NCBI GenBank assembly: GCA_041488235.1
Contig: JBGPOW010000003.1
Span: 1-57,670 of the forward strand
Source: Candidatus Binatia bacterium
Lineage (GTDB): Bacteria > Desulfobacterota > Binatia > UTPRO1
DNA: 57,670 bases
Reading direction: 5' to 3'
The translations under genes and the position numbers were made by a program. The notes beneath the pieces are model-generated. The model made no database searches and had not been told where the DNA came from. It saw only the letters and a list, made by a program, of their open reading frames with translations. This document shows, one piece after another, positions 39,408 through 48,409 of this stretch (within the stretch, counting starts at the first letter, position 1; each line of letters begins with the position of its first letter).

Positions 39408-40811
39408 TCAGGCGAGGATCGCCGCGAGATGCTCGGCGGGACCCGGGGCCGTCGGCGTCGGTTTCACGAAGCGGTCGACGACGGCGCGCGTGCCGTGGAT
39501 CCGCAGGCGCGTGAAGATGTTGTCGAACGTGCGCTCGAGATCGGCGCCGATCGCCTCGCGCGCAGACGCGGGGAGATCCCACATCTTGCGCTTGAACGGG
39601 CCGAGCGCCTGCTTGCGCGTCTTGTAGTAGAACTGCTGGTCCGACATGCCGCCCTTGCGCTCGTCGGCGTGCGCCTTCGCGAGGTGCGCGTACATCTCGT
39701 CACGCAGCTCCCGCGGGAACTGCGGGTGATCATAGATCAAATTCTGGAAGCCGGTGGCGAGGTGGATCTCGGCGGTCTCGACCTCGGGGAATTTGCCGAA
39801 GAGGTCTTCGGGGAGCGTCGAGGCGCCGTGCTGCACCGCCCCCGCCATCGCGAACTCCTTGCGCGCGACGATCGAGAGCTCGCGCAGCGTATCGAAATCG
39901 ACCGCGACCTTCGCAATCGTTCCGTCCGCGAGCGGCACGCCGCCGTGCGTGGTGCCGGTTTGGACGCTGATCTTGCTGATGCCGTCCGACCCAGGCGCGA
40001 TCTGGTCGAGGTGCTTGCGGTAGCCGCGCATGTACGCGCGCAGCTCCTCGACGGTGCTGTTCTTGCCGCCGACCTCGCCGATCTCGCCGCCGATCGAGAT
40101 CGGGACCCCGGCCGGTGCGTGCTTGTGCACGTGGGCGGTCAGCTCGGCGGCGATGCGGCAGTTCTCTTCTTGCTGGGCGTCGATCGTCGGGCGGTCGAGC
40201 ACGACGAGCGTCGAGCTGTCGATGTCGATGTTGAGGAAGCCGGCGGCGAGCGCTTCCTCGATGAGCGACCGCAGCGCGGCGAGCTCCTTCTCGCGGTCAC
40301 CTTTGTAAAAGGCCGACGCGCTCACCTGGAAGTGATCGCCCTGAATGAAGAGCGGTCCGCGGAAGTCCTCGCAAATCGCGGCAGCGGTCACCGCCGCGGC
40401 GTACTCCGGGGGCCGCTGCTCGGTGTAGCGGATCTCGGAGCGCGCGACCTCGAAGACGACGGCCGAGGCGTCGAGCTTCTTCGCGGCGCGCATCGCAGCG
40501 CGGGCGACGTCGCACGTGAGCGTGCGGATGTTGATCGCCGGCACGGTGAAGCCGCCGCACTCGCCGCGTCCGCGCGCTTTGTAGAGCGGCAGGATCGACG
40601 CCGACATGACGCCGACGGCCTCGCCGGCCTTACGGAGGAGCCACCGCCCGGCGTCGCGCACCTCGGCCTTGTCGGCGAAGATCGCGTGGCGGGCGAGCGC
40701 TTCGGCGACGCTCGCCCGCAGGCGCGTCGGGTCTTTGACGGTCACTGCGCCCGCGCGATCGACCTGCACGACACCCTGAATCGTGCTCCGTAGGCTCTGC
40801 TCGTCGAACAT
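39408..40811 (-). CDS. Class II fructose-bisphosphate aldolase family protein
   Basis: VPAIN, QGDH, GGEIGEVGG, GTTHGG, VQHGAS; AGGAGGA RBS. Confidence 0.88.
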   Translation of the reverse strand: MFDEQSLRSTIQGVVQVDRAGAVTVKDPTRLRASVAEALARHAIFADKAEVRDAGRWLLRKAGEAVGVMSASILPLYKARGRGECGGFTVPAINIRTLTCDVARAAMRAAKKLDASAVVFEVARSEIRYTEQRPPEYAAAVTAAAICEDFRGPLFIQGDHFQVSASAFYKGDREKELAALRSLIEEALAAGFLNIDIDSSTLVVLDRPTIDAQQEENCRIAAELTAHVHKHAPAGVPISIGGEIGEVGGKNSTVEELRAYMRGYRKHLDQIAPGSDGISKISVQTGTTHGGVPLADGTIAKVAVDFDTLRELSIVARKEFAMAGAVQHGASTLPEDLFGKFPEVETAEIHLATGFQNLIYDHPQFPRELRDEMYAHLAKAHADERKGGMSDQQFYYKTRKQALGPFKRKMWDLPASAREAIGADLERTFDNIFTRLRIHGTRAVVDRFVKPTPTAPGPAEHLAAILA

Positions 40812-40901
40812 GGGATCCTCCTGAAGTGATTGGCACGCGCGGGGCGCGACGACGCGCACTATAATCGCCGCCCGCGCGGGTCGGCAAGTCGCGATCCGTC
40901 G

Positions 40902-41396
40902 CTACGGCGCGGCAGCGCCCGCCGGAATCGCCAGCGCCACCCAAACGATCCAGCCGGCGAGCACGAGATTGACGATCGAGCCGGCACGCATGCGCCGGAC
41001 CATGCTCGCGAGCCGTTCCGGCGGCACCGGGTCGCCCCATTCCACCGCGCGCACGATCCGATGCGCGAGACCGAAGGCGACGTACGTCACGCCGTTGATG
41101 AAGAAGAACGCGAGGACGAGCTTCAGCGTGAGCGGCTCGCCGATACGGGTGAAGAACTCGCCGCGCAACCGTGCTTTGTACGCCGTCAGACTGAACGCGC
41201 CGGTCATCACCAGCACGCCGAGGACGCCGATCAAGAGCGGGTTCAGGCGCTGTAGCATCGCTGCGAGGACGCGCAGGCGCTCCTCGTGGGACTCGATCCG
41301 CTCGACGGCGGGCAGCATCACCAGCACGAACGCCAACGTCGCGCCGAAGTAGGCGGCGAGGCTCGTCAGGTGCAGCCAGAGCGTCAGGCGGTCCAT
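40902..41396 (-). CDS. Four-helix membrane protein (CopD/DUF4149-like)
   Basis: WLHL..G, LVMTG, LKLVL; ATG 41396 preceded by GGGGG from the repeat. Confidence 0.65.
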   Translation of the reverse strand: MDRLTLWLHLTSLAAYFGATLAFVLVMLPAVERIESHEERLRVLAAMLQRLNPLLIGVLGVLVMTGAFSLTAYKARLRGEFFTRIGEPLTLKLVLAFFFINGVTYVAFGLAHRIVRAVEWGDPVPPERLASMVRRMRAGSIVNLVLAGWIVWVALAIPAGAAAP

Positions 41397-41404
41397 TGGA
41401 TTTC

Positions 41405-41484
41405 GCCCCCGCTCGCTGCGCTCGCGATGGGCGTCGCGGCCGGGAGTGAATCCCGGCCGCTCCCTCCGCTCGCTGCGCTCGCGA
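41405..41484 (+). repeat. Dispersed structured repeat, copy 2
   Basis: GCCCCCGCTCGCTGCGCTCGCGA-TGGGCGTC-GCGGCCGGGA-GTGAA-TCCCGGCCGC-TCCC plus a second CCGCTCGCTGCGCTCGCGA. Confidence 0.85.
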
Positions 41485-41753
41485 TCGACGCCGGCCCGCG
41501 AGGTGAATTCGCGGGTCTCCATGGCGTGCCTGTGGCGGGGTGGCCCGCGTGCGTGATCGGGACGTTCACCTTGACTTGGCGAATTGGGCCACGATAGGTC
41601 TTTTCGTATCCGAGACGCCGCTCACGAGCGAATCAGCACACCCGTGACGGCGGTGAATTATGCGTGCGACGGGAAAGGCGGTCAATCCCGCGATAGCGCG
41701 CGCGATCCTTCCTTCCCTGCTATGCTCGAAGGCTCCGCGTAGAGGCACGAGAC

Positions 41754-43424
41754 ATGCTGCGTCCTGACGACGAAACGTTTCGCGAGGGGATCGCCGGCCA
41801 TGGCGGGCGCGTCGATCTCTACCGTGAAGGCAAAATCACGCCCGACGAGTTCCGGCCGATGCGGCTCAGCTACGGGCTCTACTATCAGCTCGACCATACG
41901 AGCCACATGCAGCGCATCAAGATTCCGGGCGGCATGTTGACGGCGGCGCAGATGAACGGGCTGAACGACGTCGCGGACCGCTGCGGTCGCGGCGTCGCGC
42001 ACGTGACCACGCGTCAGGACATCCAGATCCATTGGGTGCCGCTCGAGGACGTGCGGTCGATCTACGAGCAGCTGCACGAGGTCGGCATCACGACGCGCGG
42101 CGCCTGCTCGGACAGCGTCCGCAACGTCACCGCCTGCCCACACAGCGGCTTACTGGCGATCGAGCCGTTCGACGTCGGTCCGTATGCGCAGCTCATCAAC
42201 GACTACTTTCTCTTCAATCCCTTGAACCTCACGTTGCCGCGCAAGTTCAAGATCGCCCTCAGCAACTGCGCGCGCGATTGCGCGCAAGGCGCGATCAACG
42301 ACATCGGGTTCTACGCACACCTCCGCGGCGAAGGCGCCCGCAGCGAGCGCGGCTTTGCGGTGCACGTTGCCGGCGGCCTCGGCGCGCAGCCGTTTCTCGC
42401 CAAGCGCATCCGCGACTTCGTGCCGGCGGACGACGTCCTCGTCTTCTGTGAGGCGATCGTGCGCCTGCAACACCGTCTCGGCGAGCGCAAGAACCGCAAC
42501 CGCGCTCGCATGAAGTACTTGATGAAAAAGCTCGGCGACGCGCGTTTCGCGGCGGCGCTCGACGCGGAGATCGCGCGCGTCGAGGCGACGCGCGGCGACG
42601 ACCTGCGGCGCGAGACGCGCGCCTACATGGCCGCGTATCAGGTGCCGGCGGCGCGCACCGCGGCGGCACCCGCCGTCGCGACGAACGGCGGACCCAGCTA
42701 CGCTCTCTGGCGCGCGACGAACGTGAGCGCACAGCGCGATGCCGGGTACTTCTGCGTCACCGTCACGGTGCCCCTCGGCGACTACACGACCGCGCAAGGA
42801 CGTGCGCTCGCGGCGCTGTCGGAGGAGGTCGGCAACGGCACGTTGCGCACGACGAACGAGCAGAACTTCGTCCTGCCGTTCGTGAGCGGCGCGTCGCTCC
42901 CGGCGCTCTACCACCGCCTCGAGGAGCTCGGGCTCGGCGAGCCGTGCGCGAATCACCTGAGCGACGTCGTCTCCTGCCCGGGTGCCGACTATTGCAGCCT
43001 CGCCATCACTCGCTCGATGGGCATGGCCGAGCGCATCCGCGACCACCTCGGGATGGTCAGTCTCGCTCCGGCGGAGCTCGGCGAGTTCCGCATCAAGATC
43101 AGCGGCTGCCCGAACTCCTGCGGCCAGCATCACGTCGGCGACATCGGGCTCACGGGCCTGCTCATCAAGGGGACCGACGGCAAGGAGCGCCCACATTACT
43201 CGATCCTCGTCGGCGGTGCCGTCGGTGAGGAGGGAGCCAGCTTCGGCCAACGTCTCGCCGGCCGCTATCCCGAGGAGCTCGCGCCGCAAGCGATCGTCGC
43301 CGTCGCGCAGTGCTATCAATCCGAGCGCGCACCCGGCGAGTCGTTTGCGCGTTTCGTGCAGCGCGTCGGCCTTGAGCGCCTGAGCGCCGCGGTGCACGCG
43401 GCGGTGCGCGACGGCGTCCGGTGA
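41754..43424 (+). CDS. Siroheme nitrite/sulfite reductase (ferredoxin-type hemoprotein)
   Basis: TTRQDIQ, VRNV, LPRKFK, CPGADYC and SGCPNSCG siroheme/[4Fe-4S] ligands. Confidence 0.93.
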   Translation: MLRPDDETFREGIAGHGGRVDLYREGKITPDEFRPMRLSYGLYYQLDHTSHMQRIKIPGGMLTAAQMNGLNDVADRCGRGVAHVTTRQDIQIHWVPLEDVRSIYEQLHEVGITTRGACSDSVRNVTACPHSGLLAIEPFDVGPYAQLINDYFLFNPLNLTLPRKFKIALSNCARDCAQGAINDIGFYAHLRGEGARSERGFAVHVAGGLGAQPFLAKRIRDFVPADDVLVFCEAIVRLQHRLGERKNRNRARMKYLMKKLGDARFAAALDAEIARVEATRGDDLRRETRAYMAAYQVPAARTAAAPAVATNGGPSYALWRATNVSAQRDAGYFCVTVTVPLGDYTTAQGRALAALSEEVGNGTLRTTNEQNFVLPFVSGASLPALYHRLEELGLGEPCANHLSDVVSCPGADYCSLAITRSMGMAERIRDHLGMVSLAPAELGEFRIKISGCPNSCGQHHVGDIGLTGLLIKGTDGKERPHYSILVGGAVGEEGASFGQRLAGRYPEELAPQAIVAVAQCYQSERAPGESFARFVQRVGLERLSAAVHAAVRDGVR

Positions 43425-43699
43425 GCGACGGTACCGACGGTCGCAGCGACGACGTCGTTGCCCCTGCGGACGATCCGCGCAGCAGGTTCTACCTCGGCAC
43501 GATCCTGCGGCTGCATTCCGGGAGCCGGAGCGGTGTCGTCCGCACGGGCAGCGGCCGCGAAATTCCGTTCGTGATCGCGGGCGTGCGATTTCTCGGTGAC
43601 GCCAGCTTCGGCGTGCTGCGCGAAGGCATGGAAATCGGGTTCGACGTCGGTTGGACGTCGCGCGGCATGCGCGTCACGACGATTCGACTCTTCGACTGA
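43421..43699 (+). CDS. Small cold-shock/OB-fold-like protein
   Basis: GTGA overlap with the reductase; G..G.V...G.EI.F...LREGMEIGFDV...G pattern. Confidence 0.6.
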   Translation: MSDGTDGRSDDVVAPADDPRSRFYLGTILRLHSGSRSGVVRTGSGREIPFVIAGVRFLGDASFGVLREGMEIGFDVGWTSRGMRVTTIRLFD

Positions 43700-43737
43700 G
43701 TGCACGTCGCGGCGTCTCGACGCCGCCGTGGCCGCTG

Positions 43738-44562
43738 CTACAAGGGTAACGACGTTCGGTAGAGGAGAAAGCGGCCGAGGAACTCGCCGACGACGCTCGT
43801 CAGCACCGCGACGTAGAAGAGGCCGGTTGCGGCCATCGTTTGCGGGATCTGCAGCGTGCGCCAGATCATCCACGCGATGACGAGCGCCGGCAGCGGCCCC
43901 AGCCCGAGCCGCGTCCAGAGGAGCTCGCGGTGCTCGTGCCAGAGATCGCGCAGCGCCGCCGCGGTCGTGCTGCCGCCGCCGACCTGCAGCAGCGCGAGCG
44001 ACAGGGCCAACGTCGCGAGCTGCAGGACGAGGCTCGTGCGGTAGAGACGCCACATGCGCATGAACGGCGCGAGCGGCATGCCGACGTCGATCAGATACCA
44101 GTGTCCGAGCAACATGCCGCTCGCGGTTGCCCCGAGGAGGATCGCAGAGACGAGGAAGCTCGCCGGATAGAGGACGGTCTCGAGCGAACACACGGGAGCC
44201 AGCGAGAAGCCGATCGCGCTCACGATCAGCGCCAGCGCCCCTACGGCGAGCGTCGTGAGATAGGCGAGGGCGCGGCGGCGGTACGGATCGCCCCAGAGCG
44301 ACGCGACGTACACGGCGGCGGCGACGGCGAACGCCGCCCACAACACGGTCTCGGCTGGGCGCGCGCCGCCGGGCTCGTGCGGCCGCGAGAGCAGCGTCAG
44401 CTCGCCGACGGTGATGAAGAGGCCGCTGGTGAGAAACACGGCGGCGCTCGACTTGTAGAAGCCCCGCTCGATATCGTGGAACGGAAGCCGTCCGAGCGCG
44501 AAGAACCCGCCGACGGCGAGCTGTCCGAAGACCAAGAGGAAGCAGTGTGCGAACGCCGCCAC
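43738..44562 (-). CDS. Eight-TM membrane protein (DmsC/NrfD-like)
   Basis: QLAVG N-terminus, MLLGHWYL, GEFLGRFL; GTG 44562 lies 8 nt after TTGTCG-N17-TACCAT. Confidence 0.7.
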   Translation of the reverse strand: MAAFAHCFLLVFGQLAVGGFFALGRLPFHDIERGFYKSSAAVFLTSGLFITVGELTLLSRPHEPGGARPAETVLWAAFAVAAAVYVASLWGDPYRRRALAYLTTLAVGALALIVSAIGFSLAPVCSLETVLYPASFLVSAILLGATASGMLLGHWYLIDVGMPLAPFMRMWRLYRTSLVLQLATLALSLALLQVGGGSTTAAALRDLWHEHRELLWTRLGLGPLPALVIAWMIWRTLQIPQTMAATGLFYVAVLTSVVGEFLGRFLLYRTSLPL

Positions 44563-44570
44563 GTCGCGCG

Positions 44571-45440
44571 ATGGTAAACGAGCCGGGCCCATCCGACAAC
44601 GAAGCCGCCCGGCATGCGGACCGCCGCCGGACGGGACCGGCCCGCGTCGAGCGGCGTGGCGGGTTGCGTCGGACGGTCGTGGCGCTGGTCGTCGCGTTCG
44701 CCGCGTGTCGCACGCCGGTTGCAGACGAGGTCGAGATGCAGGTGCGGAACGTCGGCTTCGATCATGCGTCGGGGTCGCCGGTCGTGATCCTGCACTCGCC
44801 GAGCGAGCAGCGCTTGCTGCCGATTTGGGTCGGTCCGGCCGAGGCGCAGTCGATCGCGATGGAGATGCAGAAGGTGACGCCGCCGCGGCCGCTCACGCAC
44901 GATCTCGTGAAGCGCATCCTCGACGGCACCGGCGTGGCGCTACGGCGCGTGCGCATCACGGCGCTCGAGTCGCAGACGTTCTTCGCGACGCTGGTCCTCG
45001 AGCAGTCCGGCCGCGAGATCGAGGTGGACAGCCGACCGAGCGACGCGATCGCGCTCGCGCTGCGGGTGGCTTGTCCGATTTTCGTGAGCCGGGCGCTCCT
45101 CGGCAGCGATGCCGCGATCACGCTGCGCGACGAGGGTGTGCGCGGTGTCGCGAAGTTTTGGGGCATCACGGTGCAGGATCTCGAGCCGGCGGTGGCGGAG
45201 TCGCTCGGCAGCGCCGAGGTCGCCGGCGTGCTCGTGTCTGATGCCGGCTCGACGGCCACGGCCGACGGTCTTCGTCGCGGCGACGTCATCGTCCGCGTCG
45301 ACGACGCCGCGGTTCCCGACGTTGCCACGCTGCGCACGGTCGCGGAGTCGCACCGCGACGTCGGTCATCGTCTCGAGGTGCGGCGCGGTGAGACGCATGT
45401 GATCGTGCATCTGACCGCTTCCGGCGCGGTTGAAAAGTAG
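44571..45440 (+). CDS. DUF151 (bifunctional nuclease family) protein with C-terminal PDZ; start uncertain
   Basis: LPIWVG..EA, RPLTHDL, DSRPSDAIALA; WGITVQDL..GVLV..GLRRGDVI (PDZ). Confidence 0.85.
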   Translation: MVNEPGPSDNEAARHADRRRTGPARVERRGGLRRTVVALVVAFAACRTPVADEVEMQVRNVGFDHASGSPVVILHSPSEQRLLPIWVGPAEAQSIAMEMQKVTPPRPLTHDLVKRILDGTGVALRRVRITALESQTFFATLVLEQSGREIEVDSRPSDAIALALRVACPIFVSRALLGSDAAITLRDEGVRGVAKFWGITVQDLEPAVAESLGSAEVAGVLVSDAGSTATADGLRRGDVIVRVDDAAVPDVATLRTVAESHRDVGHRLEVRRGETHVIVHLTASGAVEK

Positions 45441-45469
45441 CAGGGCCTATAATAGACGTCGCAGTTTAG

Positions 45470-45817
45470 ATGGAGGACCGGGCGCGGATCCTGGAGGATC
45501 GAGTCGAAGACCTGACGCGCGCGATTGCCCAGACGATCAACGATGCGGAGTTGCCGGAGCGGCCGGCGATCCGTGCCGAGCTGAAAGAATTTGCGATCAG
45601 CCTGCTGCAGGAGTCGGTCAACGCTCCCGATGCCGTCGTCGTTGCGACGGTCGAGGGCGACAAGGCGACGTTCAATCCACTTGCGATGGGCATTCCGCTC
45701 TTCTTCGCGGGCGGCGTGCTGATCTTCCTGTTTCCACCGGTGGGCATGATGCTCTTCGCGGGCGCGGTAGTCATGATCGTCTGGGGACTCGTGACCTCGG
45801 TGGTGAGGCGACGGTAG
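45470..45817 (+). CDS. Hypothetical membrane protein
   Basis: Helical N-terminus plus two TMs; TATAAT upstream. Confidence 0.65.
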   Translation: MEDRARILEDRVEDLTRAIAQTINDAELPERPAIRAELKEFAISLLQESVNAPDAVVVATVEGDKATFNPLAMGIPLFFAGGVLIFLFPPVGMMLFAGAVVMIVWGLVTSVVRRR

Positions 45818-45911
45818 CGTAAGCGCGACTCGATCGTTCGGGTAGGGCACGGGTGTTTCCCCTTCCGGTCCCTCCAAGTTTCCAGCAGCGACACAGCGGA
45901 GACGCATCGGT

Positions 45912-46517
45912 ATGGCGAAGGCCGAGAAGCAAGTCACGGAAGCCGATCTGAAGGCGCTCGAGGAGCGCCGCCGCGCCGAGCAGGTGCGCGAGCGCGCGAA
46001 ACGCGAGCGCGAAAAGGCTCAGCTCGGCACGTTGTGGTCGCGCCGCGACTTCATGGGTCGGCTCGGCTGGGGCGTGTTCGGTGCGTTCACGGGCATCACG
46101 CTCCTCGGCTTCATGCGCTCGGCGTTTCCGCGCGTCCTCTTCCAGCCGCCGACGAGTTTCAAGGCGGGCCTTCCGAAGGACTTCACGGTCGGGGAGATCA
46201 GCGAGAAGTTCAAGAAGGACTTCCGCGTCTGGATCATCCGCAGCGAGGAGGGCTTCTACGCGCTCTTCGCGAAGTGCACCCATCTCGGCTGCACGCCGCG
46301 TTGGCTGGCGGCCGAGACCAAGTTCAAGTGTCCGTGCCACGGCAGCGGGTTCTACAAGACCGGCATCAACTTCGAGGGCCCGGCGCCGCGGCCGCTCGAG
46401 CGTCTGCGCATCAGCCTCGCGGAGGACGGCCAGATCGTGATCGACAAGGGCGTGAAGTATCTCTACGAGAAGGGCGACTGGACGAAGCCCGGCGCCTTCC
46501 TCAAGTACACCGCGTAG
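45912..46517 (+). CDS. qcrA: Rieske iron-sulfur subunit of a Rieske/cytochrome b complex
   Basis: Tat motif SRRDFM plus TM, CTHLGC, CPCHGS, GPAPRPL. Confidence 0.95.
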   Translation: MAKAEKQVTEADLKALEERRRAEQVRERAKREREKAQLGTLWSRRDFMGRLGWGVFGAFTGITLLGFMRSAFPRVLFQPPTSFKAGLPKDFTVGEISEKFKKDFRVWIIRSEEGFYALFAKCTHLGCTPRWLAAETKFKCPCHGSGFYKTGINFEGPAPRPLERLRISLAEDGQIVIDKGVKYLYEKGDWTKPGAFLKYTA

Positions 46518-46527
46518 GAGTTTCAAA

Positions 46528-47295
46528 ATGGCATGGGACGACATCAAGCGGCAGATCACGGAGTCGGACGTCTGGCAGTCGATGTTCCGCCACGGGTACG
46601 AGGACACGCCCCGCAACCGCATTCTGATGGTATCGGGCAACGTCTGGCTGCACCTCCATCCGTCGAAGGTGCGCCGGCACGCGGTGCGAATGCGCTTCAC
46701 GTGGTGCATGGGCGGGATCACGTTTCTGATGTTCCTCGTCACCACGGTGACCGGCGTCTACCTGATGTTCTACTATCGCCCGACCGCGGAATACGCCTAC
46801 GCCGACATGAAGTATCTCGAGTTCGACATGCCCTTCGGGATGCTCATGCGGAACATGCATCGTTGGGCGGCGCACGCCATGGTGATCGCCGTTTGGCTGC
46901 ACATGTTCCGCGTGTTCCTCACCGGCTCGTACAAGCCGCCGCGTGAATTCAACTGGGTCGTCGGCGTCATTCTCTTGGTGTTGACCTTGCTTCTCAGTTT
47001 CACCGGGTACCTCCTGCCGTGGGACCAGCTCTCGATCTGGGCGGTGACCGTCGGTTCGAACATGGCACGAGCGACGCCGTTTCTCGGGCACGAGGGTCCG
47101 GGGCACGAGCTCATGGGCGTGAACCCGATCTACGACGCGCGCGCCTTTCTCTTCGGCGGCGGCGAGATCGGCCCGCACACGCTCCTGCGCTTCTACATCC
47201 TCCATTGCATCTTCTTCCCGCTGATCACGAGCCTCTTCCTCGCCGTGCACTTCTGGCGCATTCGCCGCGACGGCTTCTCAGGTCCGCCGCTCTGA
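46528..47295 (+). CDS. qcrB: Cytochrome b, N-terminal (b6-like) subunit
   Basis: WCMGG, MHRWAAH..HMFRVF, FTGYLLPWDQ, RFYILH..HF. Confidence 0.95.
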   Translation: MAWDDIKRQITESDVWQSMFRHGYEDTPRNRILMVSGNVWLHLHPSKVRRHAVRMRFTWCMGGITFLMFLVTTVTGVYLMFYYRPTAEYAYADMKYLEFDMPFGMLMRNMHRWAAHAMVIAVWLHMFRVFLTGSYKPPREFNWVVGVILLVLTLLLSFTGYLLPWDQLSIWAVTVGSNMARATPFLGHEGPGHELMGVNPIYDARAFLFGGGEIGPHTLLRFYILHCIFFPLITSLFLAVHFWRIRRDGFSGPPL

Positions 47296-47305
47296 GGGAT
47301 CGACG

Positions 47306-47386
47306 ATGCGCGTTCTCGTGCTGCCGATCGCGTTCGGCGTGATTATCTGGCTGATGTACCTGGCCGCCAAGCCGCGAGGAGAGTGA
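47306..47386 (+). CDS. 26-aa single-TM microprotein inside the operon
   Basis: MRVLVLPIAFGVIIWLMYLAAKPRGE*; GAGGGA RBS; fills the gap between the cytochrome b halves. Confidence 0.6.
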   Translation: MRVLVLPIAFGVIIWLMYLAAKPRGE

Positions 47387-47388
47387 CG

Positions 47389-48213
47389 ATGGCGGAAGAA
47401 GGAGCCGCATTGCGCGCCGTCTCCGGCGGGGCCGCCACAAAGCGGATCGAGGTGCCGATCCGCAAGGCGACCGGCCCGGGCGACGACAAGATTCACACCT
47501 GGCCGCACCTGGTTCGCGCCGAGTTCATCTGCGCGATCCTGGTGACGGTGCTGCTGATCGTGTGGTCGCTACTCTCCGACGCGCCGCTCGAGGAGCCCGC
47601 GAACCCGACGAAGACGCCGAATCCCTCGAAGGCACCGTGGTACTTCCTCGGTCTGCAGGAGATGCTCGTCTTCTTCGATCCGTGGCATGCCGGCGTCGTG
47701 CTCCCGAGCTTCATCATCATCGGCCTCATGGTGTTGCCGTTCATCGACATCAATCCGAAGGGGAACGGCTACTACTGCTTCAACGATCGCAAGTACGAGA
47801 TCATGACCTTCTTCCTCGGCTTCCACGTCCTGTGGGTGTCGCTGATCATCATCGGCACCTTCCTCCGTGGGCCGGGGTGGAACTGGTTCTGGTTCTGGGA
47901 ACCGTGGGACGCACACAAGGTCGAGGCGCTGACGTCGGTCAACCTGCCGTACCTCCTCGGCGTGCGGAATCCGACGCTCGACTTCCTGGTCGGCGGCGCG
48001 TTCGTCGTCGGCTTTTTCGTCGGCGGCACAGCGCTCATGTACTGGTGGGTCGTCCGCTTGAAGGGGCGTGACTTCATGCGCCGGTGGGGCGGGGTGCGCT
48101 TCGGCATCACCGCGTTCCTCTTCCTCAACATGTGGGGCGTCGTGTTGAAGATGCTCATGCGGCACTTGGCGTCGATCAAGTACATTTGGGTGACGCCGTG
48201 GATCAACATCTGA
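47389..48213 (+). CDS. Cytochrome b C-terminal (subunit IV-like) protein with extra TMs
   Basis: TWPHL, PANPTKTPNPSKAPWYFLGLQE, LPFID. Confidence 0.88.
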   Translation: MAEEGAALRAVSGGAATKRIEVPIRKATGPGDDKIHTWPHLVRAEFICAILVTVLLIVWSLLSDAPLEEPANPTKTPNPSKAPWYFLGLQEMLVFFDPWHAGVVLPSFIIIGLMVLPFIDINPKGNGYYCFNDRKYEIMTFFLGFHVLWVSLIIIGTFLRGPGWNWFWFWEPWDAHKVEALTSVNLPYLLGVRNPTLDFLVGGAFVVGFFVGGTALMYWWVVRLKGRDFMRRWGGVRFGITAFLFLNMWGVVLKMLMRHLASIKYIWVTPWINI

Positions 48214-48226
48214 CGGCGCGGGTGGG

Positions 48227-48400
48227 GTGGTTTTCTATTTCGCCAAGCTGCTCGAGCTGATCGGGTTCGCGCACGTGGGGTACGCGCTCTTCGTCGGGCT
48301 CACGCAGGAGAACTCGATGGGTCCGGAGATGAAGCTGCTGATGCTCGGCGCGGTCTTCTTCGCGCTCGGACGGCTGCTCGAGCGCAAAGCAGCGACGTGA
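48227..48400 (+). CDS. 57-aa two-TM small membrane protein inside the operon
   Basis: MVFYFAKLLELIGFAHVGYALFVGLTQENSMGPEMKLLMLGAVFFALGRLLERKAAT*; strong GC3 bias. Confidence 0.7.
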   Translation: MVFYFAKLLELIGFAHVGYALFVGLTQENSMGPEMKLLMLGAVFFALGRLLERKAAT

Positions 48401-48409
48401 AGGATCGAC

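Noticed and set aside
40831-40845. TGGCACGCGCGGGGC as a sigma54 promoter
   Set aside because: It lacks the TT before GC and points antisense into a gene end.
41397-41522. N-terminal 'RERSER' extension of the membrane protein
   Set aside because: It is read through the repeat copy; ATG 41396 is the more plausible start, although an in-frame extension cannot be excluded.
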